A stretch of DNA of 64,000 nucleotides, from contig NW_005434660.1 in the NCBI RefSeq assembly GCF_000315625.1, positions 172,711-236,710 of the forward strand, read 5' to 3'. The DNA is from Guillardia theta CCMP2712 (Eukaryota; Protista; Cryptophyta). The translations under genes were made by a program, and so were the position numbers. The notes beneath the pieces were generated by a model. That model saw only the letters and a list, made by a program, of their open reading frames with translations. It did not search any database and was not told the origin of the DNA. Shown here piece by piece: positions 53,505 through 64,000 of the stretch; position 1 is the stretch's first letter; every line of letters starts with the position of its first letter.

Positions 53505-55200
53505 CTACAACGATGGGCTCGCTGGGGTTTGAAATTCAGCAGGGAGGATGCGTTGAGCTAGCGATGTGTCACTCCTGATGCTGGAAGCTCCTTCGCGCGT
53601 GATCAGATGGCGGCGCAAGCAGAAGACGCCATGGAGGTGCCGGTGCGAGGAGAGCATCTCGTCTCCATCCCATTCCTCCTCTGGTATCACCAAGTGCTTC
53701 CATCCAACCCTTCGACGGCAGCCAGCACAGGAAACATCTTTGACGACAACACCCGCAAACCTCGAGCTTCTCCTCTCCTGCAGGAACCATGTCACGTCCT
53801 CAGCATCCAGTTTCCGACTTCTTGCCTCGTCCTCCTCAATGTATGAGCCGGCGGTCATTCCGGCCACAAACACAAGGTCGCCTTCCTCCTCCTCTGGCTC
53901 CATCCCCTTCTCGTTGAGCACAGCCTGCCAGTGATTGCATTCTTACCCTAACAATCGACTTCGAGCTGTGCCAAGCTACTTACCCTGCCAGGGGCTATGG
54001 CGTTGTTGCAGTGGGAGCAGTGGATATTGCCCGATGTAATCAGCGAGTTGCACGCTTTGTCGATGATATTTAGTCTTTGCTTGCACAAAAGCGCCTCTCC
54101 TTTCTTGATAGGTCGAAAGGTTTTCTATCAAGAAACAATAGAATCATCAGTATGTAAATCTCAATGGCCCTCACAACAAGGTACCATCGTGTCGATATCA
54201 GTGAGGTTGAAATTTTCATCCCAGTTCTCTTCTGAATGCTCCAGGTTCAGCATTTCGTTTCTGCAAAACCACAGAATTACAATCACCGAACTGCAAAGAA
54301 AGCGATCTCACATAGTCAGGGCGAACCAGTTCAAATTTACACCGGGCAGGACAAACCTGGAACCTTTCTCGACAGTCAACACACCACCAACTACATCAGA
54401 TCACAGCCTCCCAACCTTGTGTTCTGCCGTCTGTGATGCCTTGACGCTGCAACGCAACAAGATTCTCCGCCTCCACATCCCCTGACTTTGACGTGACCCC
54501 CAGGTTGCAAACCTTCAGGCCCAAGAACATTCCACATTGTTCACAGCACATGTCGCAAAGACTGAAGGATAGCTCTCCATCCGAAACGAACCCCTGTTCC
54601 CCATCACGCCGTCAGCAAAGCTATCCTATCATCTTGCATGCATGACTGCCCACCAGAAGCTTCTGAATGTAAGAGTATTGCAGAATCTCGTGCTCGGACG
54701 AGGAATAGGTTGGCACAGGAATGAACGTGGTTGTTCCGAATCGAAATCCATGACCACCTTCCTTCTTATCGAGTTCTGACTCATCATCTACCTTGACACA
54801 GACAGCGACATCATAAATGAAATCTACAACAACAGTCACACATGATTGAACCCATCCCTCAATGGTCAACGCACCTGAACACATGGTGTGAACGAATCTC
54901 TTGAAAGAAACCAGCCTATGATTACACCCCATGCACGCAAAATCAAAGTCTATCAAGGGGGATATATAATCGTGGAGCTCTTTGTTGCAGAGAGCAGCTT
55001 TCTTGACGACGCCGAAGGGTAAATATGAGAAGATCTTGCATTTTACATCGGTAGGCAGGAGACCGAACAATCGGAAACCCTTAGTAACCACAGGGTTTAC
55101 CCAATAAATCGAGTCCACAGGAGAAGATCCAGAATAGACCTGAAGCGAGTGAGAGAAAAGCATCGTAAGATTAACGCGTTCATACCGTATCAGAGTGCAT
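53505..55200 (-). CDS. F-box protein with two Yippee/Mis18/CULT-type zinc-binding domains
   Basis: F-box LLPTDVKCKIFSYLPFGVVKKAALCNKELHD. Domain 1: FACMGCNHRL ... LCDMCCEQCGMFLGLK ... KGEALL. Domain 2: IHCSHCNNAI ... VKDVSCAGCRRRVGWKH ... HGVFCL. Confidence 0.72.
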
Positions 55201-56015
55201 GTTCTTTTTAATGGATCTAATAGCTTTCGTCCATAACCAAAATTGATTTCAACCTAGAATTACTATCAGATGGTGAATTGGAAGATGATTCAAGGGGCAG
55301 GTATCTGTAATGACACAAAAATGACGAAACCATGCTCACATTTTTCTGCCAATTCAAAGGCGTATCGAGGCAATATACTCTTCAAATATTCAAAACAGCG
55401 CAATTCAAAAAATAATCAAGTTGATGAGACAGGAATGAAAATTTTGATTATCAAATTCATAGGTTCCAAACTAGATCATATAATCAAGAATATCTTGAAT
55501 CCCAAGGCCACATCAGCATTCTTTCTTCCCTTTCTTCATCCAATTTTCTGATGAAAATATTCGTATCCATCGATATCCAACCCTACCATCCTCTCCCTCC
55601 CTGCAATCTCCTTTCAACCTCCCCCCACAGTCTCATCCTCCTGCCAGCATGTTTGCGCTGCTCTCTCAGCATCTCCTCCCCTCCCCTCGGCTTCTCCTCG
55701 GCCTCCCCTCGCCGGCGGGCTCTGCAACTCTGCCATAGAACAAACTCAGTGAGCGGTATGAGGGCCCAGGTCTGAATCGGGATGACTGGGTTTCACACGA
55801 GGGACTGTTGTGGGGTGGGGTCTGGGGTATTTCTACTCAATGATAGGTAGGGTCATGAATAATAAGGGGTAGTGATGCAACACACGGGTATTTTTAACAG
55901 TGAATAACAAGGTACAGGATCACGATTTTTCTCCAGTAATATGGTAGGGTAGTGGTCGAGTGCTGGGTTGCTTTTGAAATCAGCGAGGGGTGGGGTAGGG
56001 GCGGTCGACGTAGCA

Positions 56016-57761
56016 ATGGAACTGCAAGCTGTGGTGCTGGGGGATCACGACGATGGCGGCGGGACGCGGCTGTATCCCCTCAATGAAGTTACACCCAAGT
56101 GCCTCCTCCCTGTCGCTAACAGACCGTTGGTCATGTACCAGCTCGCTCTGCTGGAGAGGAGCGGCTTCAAGGATGTGATAGTAGCTACCACACCGAAGGC
56201 CAGGGACGAGCTCGTCAACTTCATGGACCAGGGGTACAAGGGGTCGATCAAGGTTGACATCGTAGAGGTGGACGAGAACTGTGAGACGGCAGACGTTCTG
56301 CGTGCTCTGAAAGAGAAAATCACCAAAGATTTCGTCGTAGTGAGTGGGGACCTTGTCACGGACGTATACGTTCATCACCTCGCCGACGTTCACAGGATCA
56401 ACGATGCCACATGCACGGTGCTCTTGAGGCCTCCAAAGCAGGAGGTGAAACAACCTGGGTCGAAGCCTGCCAAGGGCGAGGGTGGAAACGTCGATTTTGT
56501 TGCTCTCGATGCCAAGAGGACGAGGCTGTTGTGCCTGGAATCAGCCGCGGACGTTGAAGACAAGTTGACTCTTCCGCGGAAAGTGTTGCGGAGTTACCCG
56601 AATGTTTCCATCACGAACAAGATCCTGGATGCCCACTTCTACATCTTCTCTCGATGGATTCTTGACCTGCTGGAAGAAGAAACCGAGATTCGGTCTATCA
56701 AGACCGAGCTCGTGCCATACCTCATCAAGAGTCAGTTCTCTTCAAAGTCGGTGCCGGGACAGCCGGTTCTTGTTTCGGAAGAGGAAGAAGACGAAGATGA
56801 GAAGGCTGTGAGTTTCATATTCTCTCTTCGTCTCTCCCTCCAGTGGCCACCAGCCTGATTTTCTTTTGGGTGCCCCCAGGACGAGAGCCTGGTAGACGAC
56901 GATGCGGAGCGATCGAAGTTCGTTCCCATCCGCTGCCATGCGCTCATCTACGATGGAGGATACTGCAGGTCATCATGGACTTGTTTTGATGACTGCGAGA
57001 TGTCTGACATGCTCCTGCGCAGTCGCGCCGACTCCCTACACACCTACAAGGAAATGAACTTCGAGGTCCCCCGCCATCAAGGTCGCTGCCTCGCTATCTT
57101 CATTCATAGCTCAACACCTCTTTCAGGTCATAGCGTCCCGTGGGAGCCCAACTCCTCTTTCCCAGACAAGGTTTTCTTGTCGATGCCTTCCAGGAGCTGA
57201 GCGCTCATGTTGTTTTGACAGACCGATGAGGAGAAGAGAGCGTTTGCAAAGAAAGTCGGGTCGGACTGTGTTGTTGGCGAGGTGAGAAGCAGTTCAATCT
57301 CGTCATCTGCCCTGTCTCAAGTGGGTGATGCAGGGGTTTGCGATCGGGGAGAAGAGCAGCATCAAGAAGTCAGTGATCGGCAAACATTGGTGAGCCAAGT
57401 CAGGTAGTTTCTGGTTTGATTGTTGAGTCTTGTTTTAGCTCGATAGGGAGCAATGTGAAGATCGTCAATTGCATCCTACACAGCCACGTGACTATTCAGG
57501 TTGATCGCTCAGTGTATGCGCCATTTCGTGTATTCCTTACGGTTCCACTTCTGACTTGCAGGACAACTGTAATCTTACGGGATGCGTCATCTCCAACAAT
57601 GTATACATCGAGAATGATTGCACGGTCTGAATGTTCCGAAATGCATTCATCGCGATTATGATTGTATATGCTTGCAGGTTACCAACTGTCAGATTGCAGA
57701 CAAGTACCAGATGGAAGCCGAAAGCCAACACAAGAACGAGACTCTGCTGGCAGACGAGTAG
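56016..57761 (+). CDS. EIF2B3: Translation initiation factor eIF2B gamma subunit
   Basis: MELQAVVL..GGGTRLYPL..PKCLLPVANRPLV..ETADVLR..DFVVVSGDLV..LDAHFYIF..SIKTELVPYLIKSQF, then left-handed beta-helix exons (SIKKSVIGKHC-SIGSNVKIVNCIL). Stop 57761. Confidence 0.92.
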
Positions 57762-58135
57762 ATCCACTTCGATCTTTCACACTTCCAGCCTTTGGATAAA
57801 TCAGTGCTCTCTCATCCCAGCCTGTTATAGCATTTCCTCCAACTCAGTGAGATGACTGAAACACGACCGTCCGACTCGGCGGCCCGTTCAACGAGTCACG
57901 GTGGCTCGGACTAGTGACTAGCCGTGGAACACACTACCGTCTCACTGACGGTACGGTAGCGGTGCCTGTCGCCTGACCCCCCCCCCCCTTCCCCGGAGTC
58001 CCGAGTACCTCAACCTCCGTCCGACGGTACGGTCACCACCCGGTGTTTGCCCGGCACTGCCGGGCCGCAGCGGCCGCCGCCGGGCCTCAGGGCCTCAGAT
58101 TTCTCAATTGTAAAAGTGGCGACAGCACGGCGAGG

Positions 58136-58860
58136 ATGGCGAAGGCGGCATGGGCAATGATCTTGATGGTTGCGGTGGTAAGAGCTTTGAGAGATGTCAT
58201 GGATCCAACATGGTGAAGACATGTTCTGATGACCTATCAAGAGTGTGATGATGCTATGAGAATGGAATGTGCGCTGCTTGCTATGGCAGATGTAGCTGTA
58301 GCACCTTGACCAGCTGAGAGGAGCGAGACTTGAGCCAGATGATGAATGTCATCTGACGGATGATCATTACAGGGTCTTGCAGTCGTGCAAGGCAAGTCGG
58401 CAGAGGATCACATGATGGACGCGATCAAGCAGCATAAAGTTCAGATCTGTATAGATCTCTGCAGACCGAAAGCCTTTTGAACTGACACACTGCAGTCTCC
58501 AAGAGCTATTGTCCCTACTGCAAGAATGCCAAGTCCGTCTTTGAGAAGATGGGGGTCGAGTATCATGCCGACGAGCTCGACCAGATGTCTAACGGAGCTG
58601 AGATCCAAGCTGTGAGTACCGATTGAGTGTCGAGCAGCTCTAGACTGGACCTGACCTCCTACCAGGAGCTCGCGAAGCTCACGGGGCAGAGAACCGTCCC
58701 CAACATCTTCATCGACGGGAAGCATCTCGGGGGAAACGACGGTGAAACCATTGACCGTCGTTTGAGCAGCTGACCACTGGCGACAGACTGCGTGAGGGCT
58801 AAGGAATCTGGCAAGCTGGCTACGTTGCTCAAGGATGCAGGCGTGAAGTTTGAGTTGTGA
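58136..58860 (+). CDS. Dithiol (CPYC) glutaredoxin with signal peptide
   Basis: MAKAAWAMILMVAV|GLAVVQGKSAEDH..IFSKSYCPYCKNAK..TGQRTVPNIFIDGKHLGGNDD. Stop 58860. Confidence 0.9.
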
Positions 58861-58999
58861 TGCGAGTTCTCCTCACTTGCCCGTCAGTGACATGATCGTG
58901 TCTTGAGCGAGAATAAAAGTTCTCCCTACACCTCCTTGTTTACTTTGAGATCGAACCAGATTTCACGATTGCACATTTGACATCTGCTACTAAACATCC

Positions 59000-61393
59000 T
59001 CATACCCGTTTATTGATTGCCTTCTCCATCACATCCGCGGTCTTCTCAATCCCAATATCCACCGCCTGGACCAGCTGACCGATCCCGAGCTCGAGCCTGC
59101 TCCAGCTGAGCTCTGGCTGGACATCACGCCTCGTGGGTACCCGAAAGCCTTGAAAGCAGGGTGAGCGGCAGGGAGGGAGCTCCAGGCGGAGAAGCAGCTC
59201 ACCAGCATGGTCAGGAAGGTGAAGAAGGAGAAGACCAACGCTCCTGCCTGCCGCCAGTGCAAGAAGATCCATACCATGACGGTGAGAATCATCTTCGATA
59301 TGTCAACCTGCAAGAGGACCTGGTAACTCAAACCGATTTAACAGCAGCTCTTTTGACCTGTAAGATTGCATATCGGATCCTGAGTTTGTCCTCGGGCGGA
59401 AGAGTGATCAGGCCTGCCTTCAATGCGCTCTTTCTCTGCTCTGCCTTGAGCAGCCCGAGGACCTGCTCAGAGTCAGCTGGAGTAGACGGCCAGAGGTCTG
59501 TCGACTCACCGAGAACTTGGCGATACTGCACAGCCTGTCTCTTTCAGGGTACTTGACTGCATGTAGCAGCCCCCTCGTGTATCTGGCGCACTTTGTCAGA
59601 GATCTCTGACGGGCCTCTCGCCATCTTCCCCTCCTCCTCACCCCAACGAGTGCAGAACTCCGAGCATGTTGCTGCCATGCGAATGCATCGCCTTGATACA
59701 CTTCCCCTGTCACCCGAGCGGCAAGTCAACCAGAAAACCTCACAGCGACCGATCATGTGCTTTCTCACCACATCCTGCACTGAGATACTCTCTGGCAGCT
59801 CATGCTTAGAGGCCGCGATAAGGTCGGAAGCGTTCATGGAGGTAGCAATCGCAAAGGTCGGCGACAGGAGGAGAGGTAGAAATCTTTGCAGCGCCAGGTC
59901 ATGTTTGAGCGCGAGGCAGAGAAACCTACCGGTGCAGGGGACCGGCGATCTCCTCGGATATCTTCTGGATCTGATGAATACCAGTGACTTGGCAATCTAC
60001 CTCACAACCTTCGATCACCTGCGTTGTCCGGCGGTGGATGCAAGCAAGGAACAGCCTGTGGGTTCAGCTTGAGCGGTTGTAAGGACGAAAGTTGTCAGAA
60101 CCTGCAGAGTTTCTCGCGAGAGACATCATCGATGGAGTGATAGAGGCCATGGTCCAACAGCACGAGCTCGGGTCGGGGAGGCGAGCCCTTAGCTCGCACG
60201 TAGATGTTCCCAGCATGCGGGTCGCCATGAACGTGTCCATGGCACAAGATCATCTCCGAGAAAGTATCTGCAACAAGTTCTCCAACATCCTCCAGCCTCA
60301 GCCCGGCCGCCAGGATCCCTTCCTCGTCGTTCAGGCGCAGAAGGTCTCTTTCAAACTCCATGGTCAGGACGCTCTTGCTCGTGAACTCCCAAAGCACTCG
60401 TGGCACCTTCGCCTGCGGCATGTGCGCAAGGACGTGGGCCGTCTTCTCGGAGTTGGTCGCCTCCGATTCGAAGTCGAGCTCTCCCCTCAGCGCTTTCTCG
60501 AAATCGTTGATCAAGACGCTCAGGTCCAGCCCTCCTGGTTTCACTTGCACCCCCATCGTCCGCAGTACTGAGAAATCAGAGGCCATCTCCTTCCTGAGCG
60601 AAGGATAGATCACCTTCACGGCTACCTCCGTGCCGTTATGAAGGAGAGCGCGATGTACTTGAGCCAGGGAAGCAGCTGCTATGGGTTTCTTGTCAAAGGA
60701 GAGGAACAGCTCCTCCGCAGACTTTCCAAACTCTTCCTTGATCACGGAGTCGATCTCTTCGAACGTTTTCGGCGGCGCTTGATCGGTCAAGACACTCAGC
60801 GTCCTCACATATTCTTCTGGGATCCCTCGCTTTCCTGCTCCGCCTTGGAGGGATGCTACGAACTGAGCAGCTTTGTTGTAGATCCCTCCATTCTCTCTAG
60901 CAAGTTGCAGCGCCTTTTGCGCGCCCCTGGCATGCACCTCCTTCAGGACCTTGGCGCGACGGATCGGATCGCTCACATTCAGCAGGGAGTTCTCGTAGTC
61001 GGATTTGACCTCATTGAAAATGGCGAGCGCCTTGAAGGATCTTCCCATACCAAGGCCGAAGTTGGGGTTGTTGTCCAAGCATGAGGGTTTCGGTGCCTCC
61101 TGACTGGTCGGCGTCGCTCCAAGCGCCGAGAAGAGATTCTGCAGAGCATTGGCTGGGGAGCCCGTGCCGCTGTCGGGGGGATTGGAACCGGATCCTCCTT
61201 TGAGTGAGAGGCATGACGGCGAGATCTTCGCTGGACATCGAGACAGTGGTGTACATAGATCATAGGCGGGGCATGTTGTAGATGCTATGGCCGGCAATCC
61301 ATGACAACCAGGCGAGTTTGAAAAGAAAAGCAACAGAGTGATGCTGAGCGAGGCGACGTTGAATGCCGGCCGCAAAGTCCTCGGCGATCGCAT
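59000..61393 (-). CDS. ABC1/UbiB (ADCK1/5-like) atypical kinase with signal-peptide leader
   Basis: NGGIYNKAAQ (KxGQ variant), PIAAASLAQVHRA, EVAVKVIYP, ELDFESEATN, VLTMEF, HVHGDPHAGN, LVLLDHGLY. Confidence 0.9.
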
Positions 61394-62393
61394 TGGGAGA
61401 GGAAGAGAAACGTGAGCAGATTCAGATGTCTTGTGCAGTTCCCACCGGCTTCGTACAAGGAGAGTCACCAGACCTGCTGAACGAATCAATCCATGCAGAA
61501 ATCGAAACAAGATCAGGGTTGTGGTCTCGAGGATCGAGGATCAGATGACGAGACCTTCTCCTACGGACCATCGCTCCTCCTCTCTCCTCGGCCTACTTGC
61601 GATCTACGTGCTGCACCATCCCCCCTCCTACCCTCCAGCATCTCATCTGCCATGGCGCACGCGCACAGTAGAGCCAATCGAACCTTCCGTGCCATGCGCC
61701 TCACTATGTTGACTAAAAATCTTCAAACAACCCGCCTCGGTGTATTGGGCTATGTAAATATGCTCCCCGGGGAGATTGACGCCAAGATGAGCACACCAAC
61801 ACACTGCGATGTAAGGCCACTCATCAGAATCTTCAAGAAGTATGCGACAACAACTAACAAGAGCTGGTGCCGTCCAAAGCTGGGGGCTGCTGCCAGGTAA
61901 CACTCTTCAGAATGCTTCATCAGGTTTCCTTTGAACCACCGAGCCCATGCTCGAGCCTCCGTCAATCCTCCTCAGTCAGATGCTGCTGCCAGCGGCATCA
62001 TACAAAGATGTTAACTATGCCATATGTTGTTATTCTTTCAATACAGGGACCCTTCAATCTTTCATGATGGTCGTCTGTCTCTCTCTTATTCCAGCTGCGG
62101 ATTCCTCGAGTCTCTCTCCCCGACTCAGCTTCGCAGTTTTGTTTGCTTTGACGACAGTCGTCAAAGACCTGGTCGTCAAAGACCTGGTTCAAAGTCGTCA
62201 AAGACCTGGTTTCACTCATTGATTGAAAGTTCAATATTTTCAGGTCTCACTGAAGTTCGAAGAGTCCATTCTCTGCCCGGTGCACTCATCGCAACTCGCA
62301 ATCGAAAAATAAATGCATCTGACACTTTAATGAACGAATATGAACATCAAAAAAATAAATCTCTTGCCTCCAAGACCTCGTTGAGTCTGAAAT

Positions 62394-63509
62394 CTAAACT
62401 CTACAAGCATCCATCCCAGTCCGTCCTACACAGTCCCATAGAAAGTTCAGGTCGGTCTCCGATATCATGCTCCCTGATGACTCCCCTTGGCATCCCCTAT
62501 TGTACATGCCTCCTATCCCCTCCTCCATCGCCCCCGCCTCCCCAAGCCCCGCCGACATGTACAGCGCAGGTGCGCTCGGCTGGCTCGCTCCAAGCAGCCC
62601 CGGCGCCTCCGGAGCTGCCACCCTCGGCAGTGCCGCCGCGTCGAAGAACTCGTGCGAGTCCGTGAACACAATCGACGACGCTGAGATCTGATGGTGCGCG
62701 AGCTTCCTCGGGCGGTTCTTGCGATGGCCCTTGTGCGTGTAGGGCCACTTCTCGATCCCCAGCCGCCGGCACACGTGCTTCATCGTCGACTTGCCGATCC
62801 CGATCTTGGACGCCGCGGTCTCGAGGCTCTCATGGAAGTGCTCGGCAAGGAGCTCGAACGTGATCACCACAGGGCTCCGCGACATGGACTTGCCCTTCCT
62901 GGCATGGACCTGTACGCTCCTCTCCTCCAGGTCGCTCCCCTCGAAGATGCTGTCCAGGTCGAAGCTGTCCTCTCCCTCCGGCGATCCTGCTGCAGACATG
63001 TCTGCAGCATCTGAGGACGAGAGGCTGTCGGTATCGTGGTCGTGGTCGTGGTCGTGGTCGAGCACCTCGGGGTTGCTTGGCTGGAGAAAGTGAGGCTGGG
63101 GGGGCTGATCATCGAGGCTGTAGTCGGGGAAGGCGGGATAGGCCTGGAAGGATGCGGAGGATGCGGTGCAGTGTTGATAGGCTGGTACTATGTCGACGGT
63201 GGTGCAGGGGAGCTCAGGGGTCTGTTGCATGGATGGACCCATGAGCATCCAGGCATCTGGATCATTGGCAGGCTGATCGACGGGATTCGCAAAGGCCTCC
63301 TGAGTTGGGTCGAATGCGCTGATTTGGATGCCGGTAGGAAAGGAAGATTCCCAAGGATCACAGCAGTAGTTAGAAGAACAGCAGGAGGGCTGAGCAGGAG
63401 TCTGTTCGTAGAAGGAATAGCATGTGTTGTACTGTTGGAGCTCCATGGAGAAGTCTGGAGCAATATACATTGATGGCTGGATGGCAGTCTCGTACTCAGT
63501 GATCTGCAT
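62394..63509 (-). CDS. RWP-RK-domain transcription factor (single exon)
   Basis: ITFELLAEHFHESLETAASKIGIGKSTMKHVCRRLGIEKWPYTHK, preceded by an acidic/Pro/Ser-rich region. Confidence 0.9.
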   Translation of the reverse strand: MQITEYETAIQPSMYIAPDFSMELQQYNTCYSFYEQTPAQPSCCSSNYCCDPWESSFPTGIQISAFDPTQEAFANPVDQPANDPDAWMLMGPSMQQTPELPCTTVDIVPAYQHCTASSASFQAYPAFPDYSLDDQPPQPHFLQPSNPEVLDHDHDHDHDTDSLSSSDAADMSAAGSPEGEDSFDLDSIFEGSDLEERSVQVHARKGKSMSRSPVVITFELLAEHFHESLETAASKIGIGKSTMKHVCRRLGIEKWPYTHKGHRKNRPRKLAHHQISASSIVFTDSHEFFDAAALPRVAAPEAPGLLGASQPSAPALYMSAGLGEAGAMEEGIGGMYNRGCQGESSGSMISETDLNFLWDCVGRTGMDACRV

Positions 63510-64000
63510 TTGGAGTGCTCGGAAAGCAGAAGTGTAGATAGATAGCTCTGGGAGTAGACAATCAGAGGGTCGACCAGCAGCGAAAATTAGCGTGGAGCGG
63601 CGTGTTGCCTGCAGAAAGTGGGGATCAGGAAGGGAAGGAGTCTGTTTTAAACAGGGGGAGTGGGTCTCGTGATCCCCCCTCCATATTCCCCAAGTTTTCC
63701 TGTAAGGCCAACAGTACCGGGTGATTCGATATGAAACTGACCCACCCTTTGACTAGAGGAACGGCCGCGGTCATATAACGTTGCATTTTATCAGTTGTCC
63801 ATCACGTTACCGTGCAAGAAACAAGGTTGATGGAATCGCACCGTTATTTGTAGTAAACTTGGGGAACCTTTACCCCTGGGGAAACTGGATTTCTCTAGAA
63901 AGAAAAGTCACGAGGAGCCACGTTCTCCAGATGCAACAAAATTGAGCCTTTCAGAAGAGTTGGGGAGAAGAATGTGACTGGGAGGTCAGCAACGCATTCC

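Noticed and set aside
61493-62067. Short ORFs between the ABC1 kinase and RWP-RK
   Set aside because: No domain similarity or consistent exon chain; the region probably includes the ABC1 promoter.

Overview
Gene-dense, intron-rich eukaryotic nuclear DNA. Most introns are about 40-60 nt, CT/GA microsatellites are common, and there are two 100-N assembly gaps. Bipartite signal+transit leaders, an RWP-RK factor and a fibrillin-like plastid protein suggest an alga with a complex red plastid, probably a cryptophyte such as Guillardia (inference). By manual splicing I reconstruct about 20 genes, mostly in head-to-head or tail-to-tail pairs: a TPR protein, an F-box/CDK/cyclin fusion, a PDZ protein, TANGO2/NRDE, a tandem cNMP-binding protein, a fibrillin-like protein, TBC1D22/Gyp1 Rab-GAP, NSUN6-like m5C methyltransferase, an IP3R/RyR-type Ca2+ channel, an ELMOD ARF-GAP, a GNAT, a C2-C2-PDZ protein, an F-box/tandem-Yippee protein, eIF2B-gamma, glutaredoxin, an ABC1/ADCK kinase and RWP-RK. 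The strongest candidate for an undescribed system is one gene (10207-13349) fusing an F-box, a catalytically degenerate CDK and a full cyclin, possibly an SCF substrate receptor that mimics a CDK-cyclin complex. Also notable are a second unusual F-box protein with two Yippee/CULT-type zinc domains, and a chimeric pseudogene joining a Cdc7-like kinase 3' half to a deleted NSUN6 duplicate. Exon boundaries are hand-inferred and no database searches were run.
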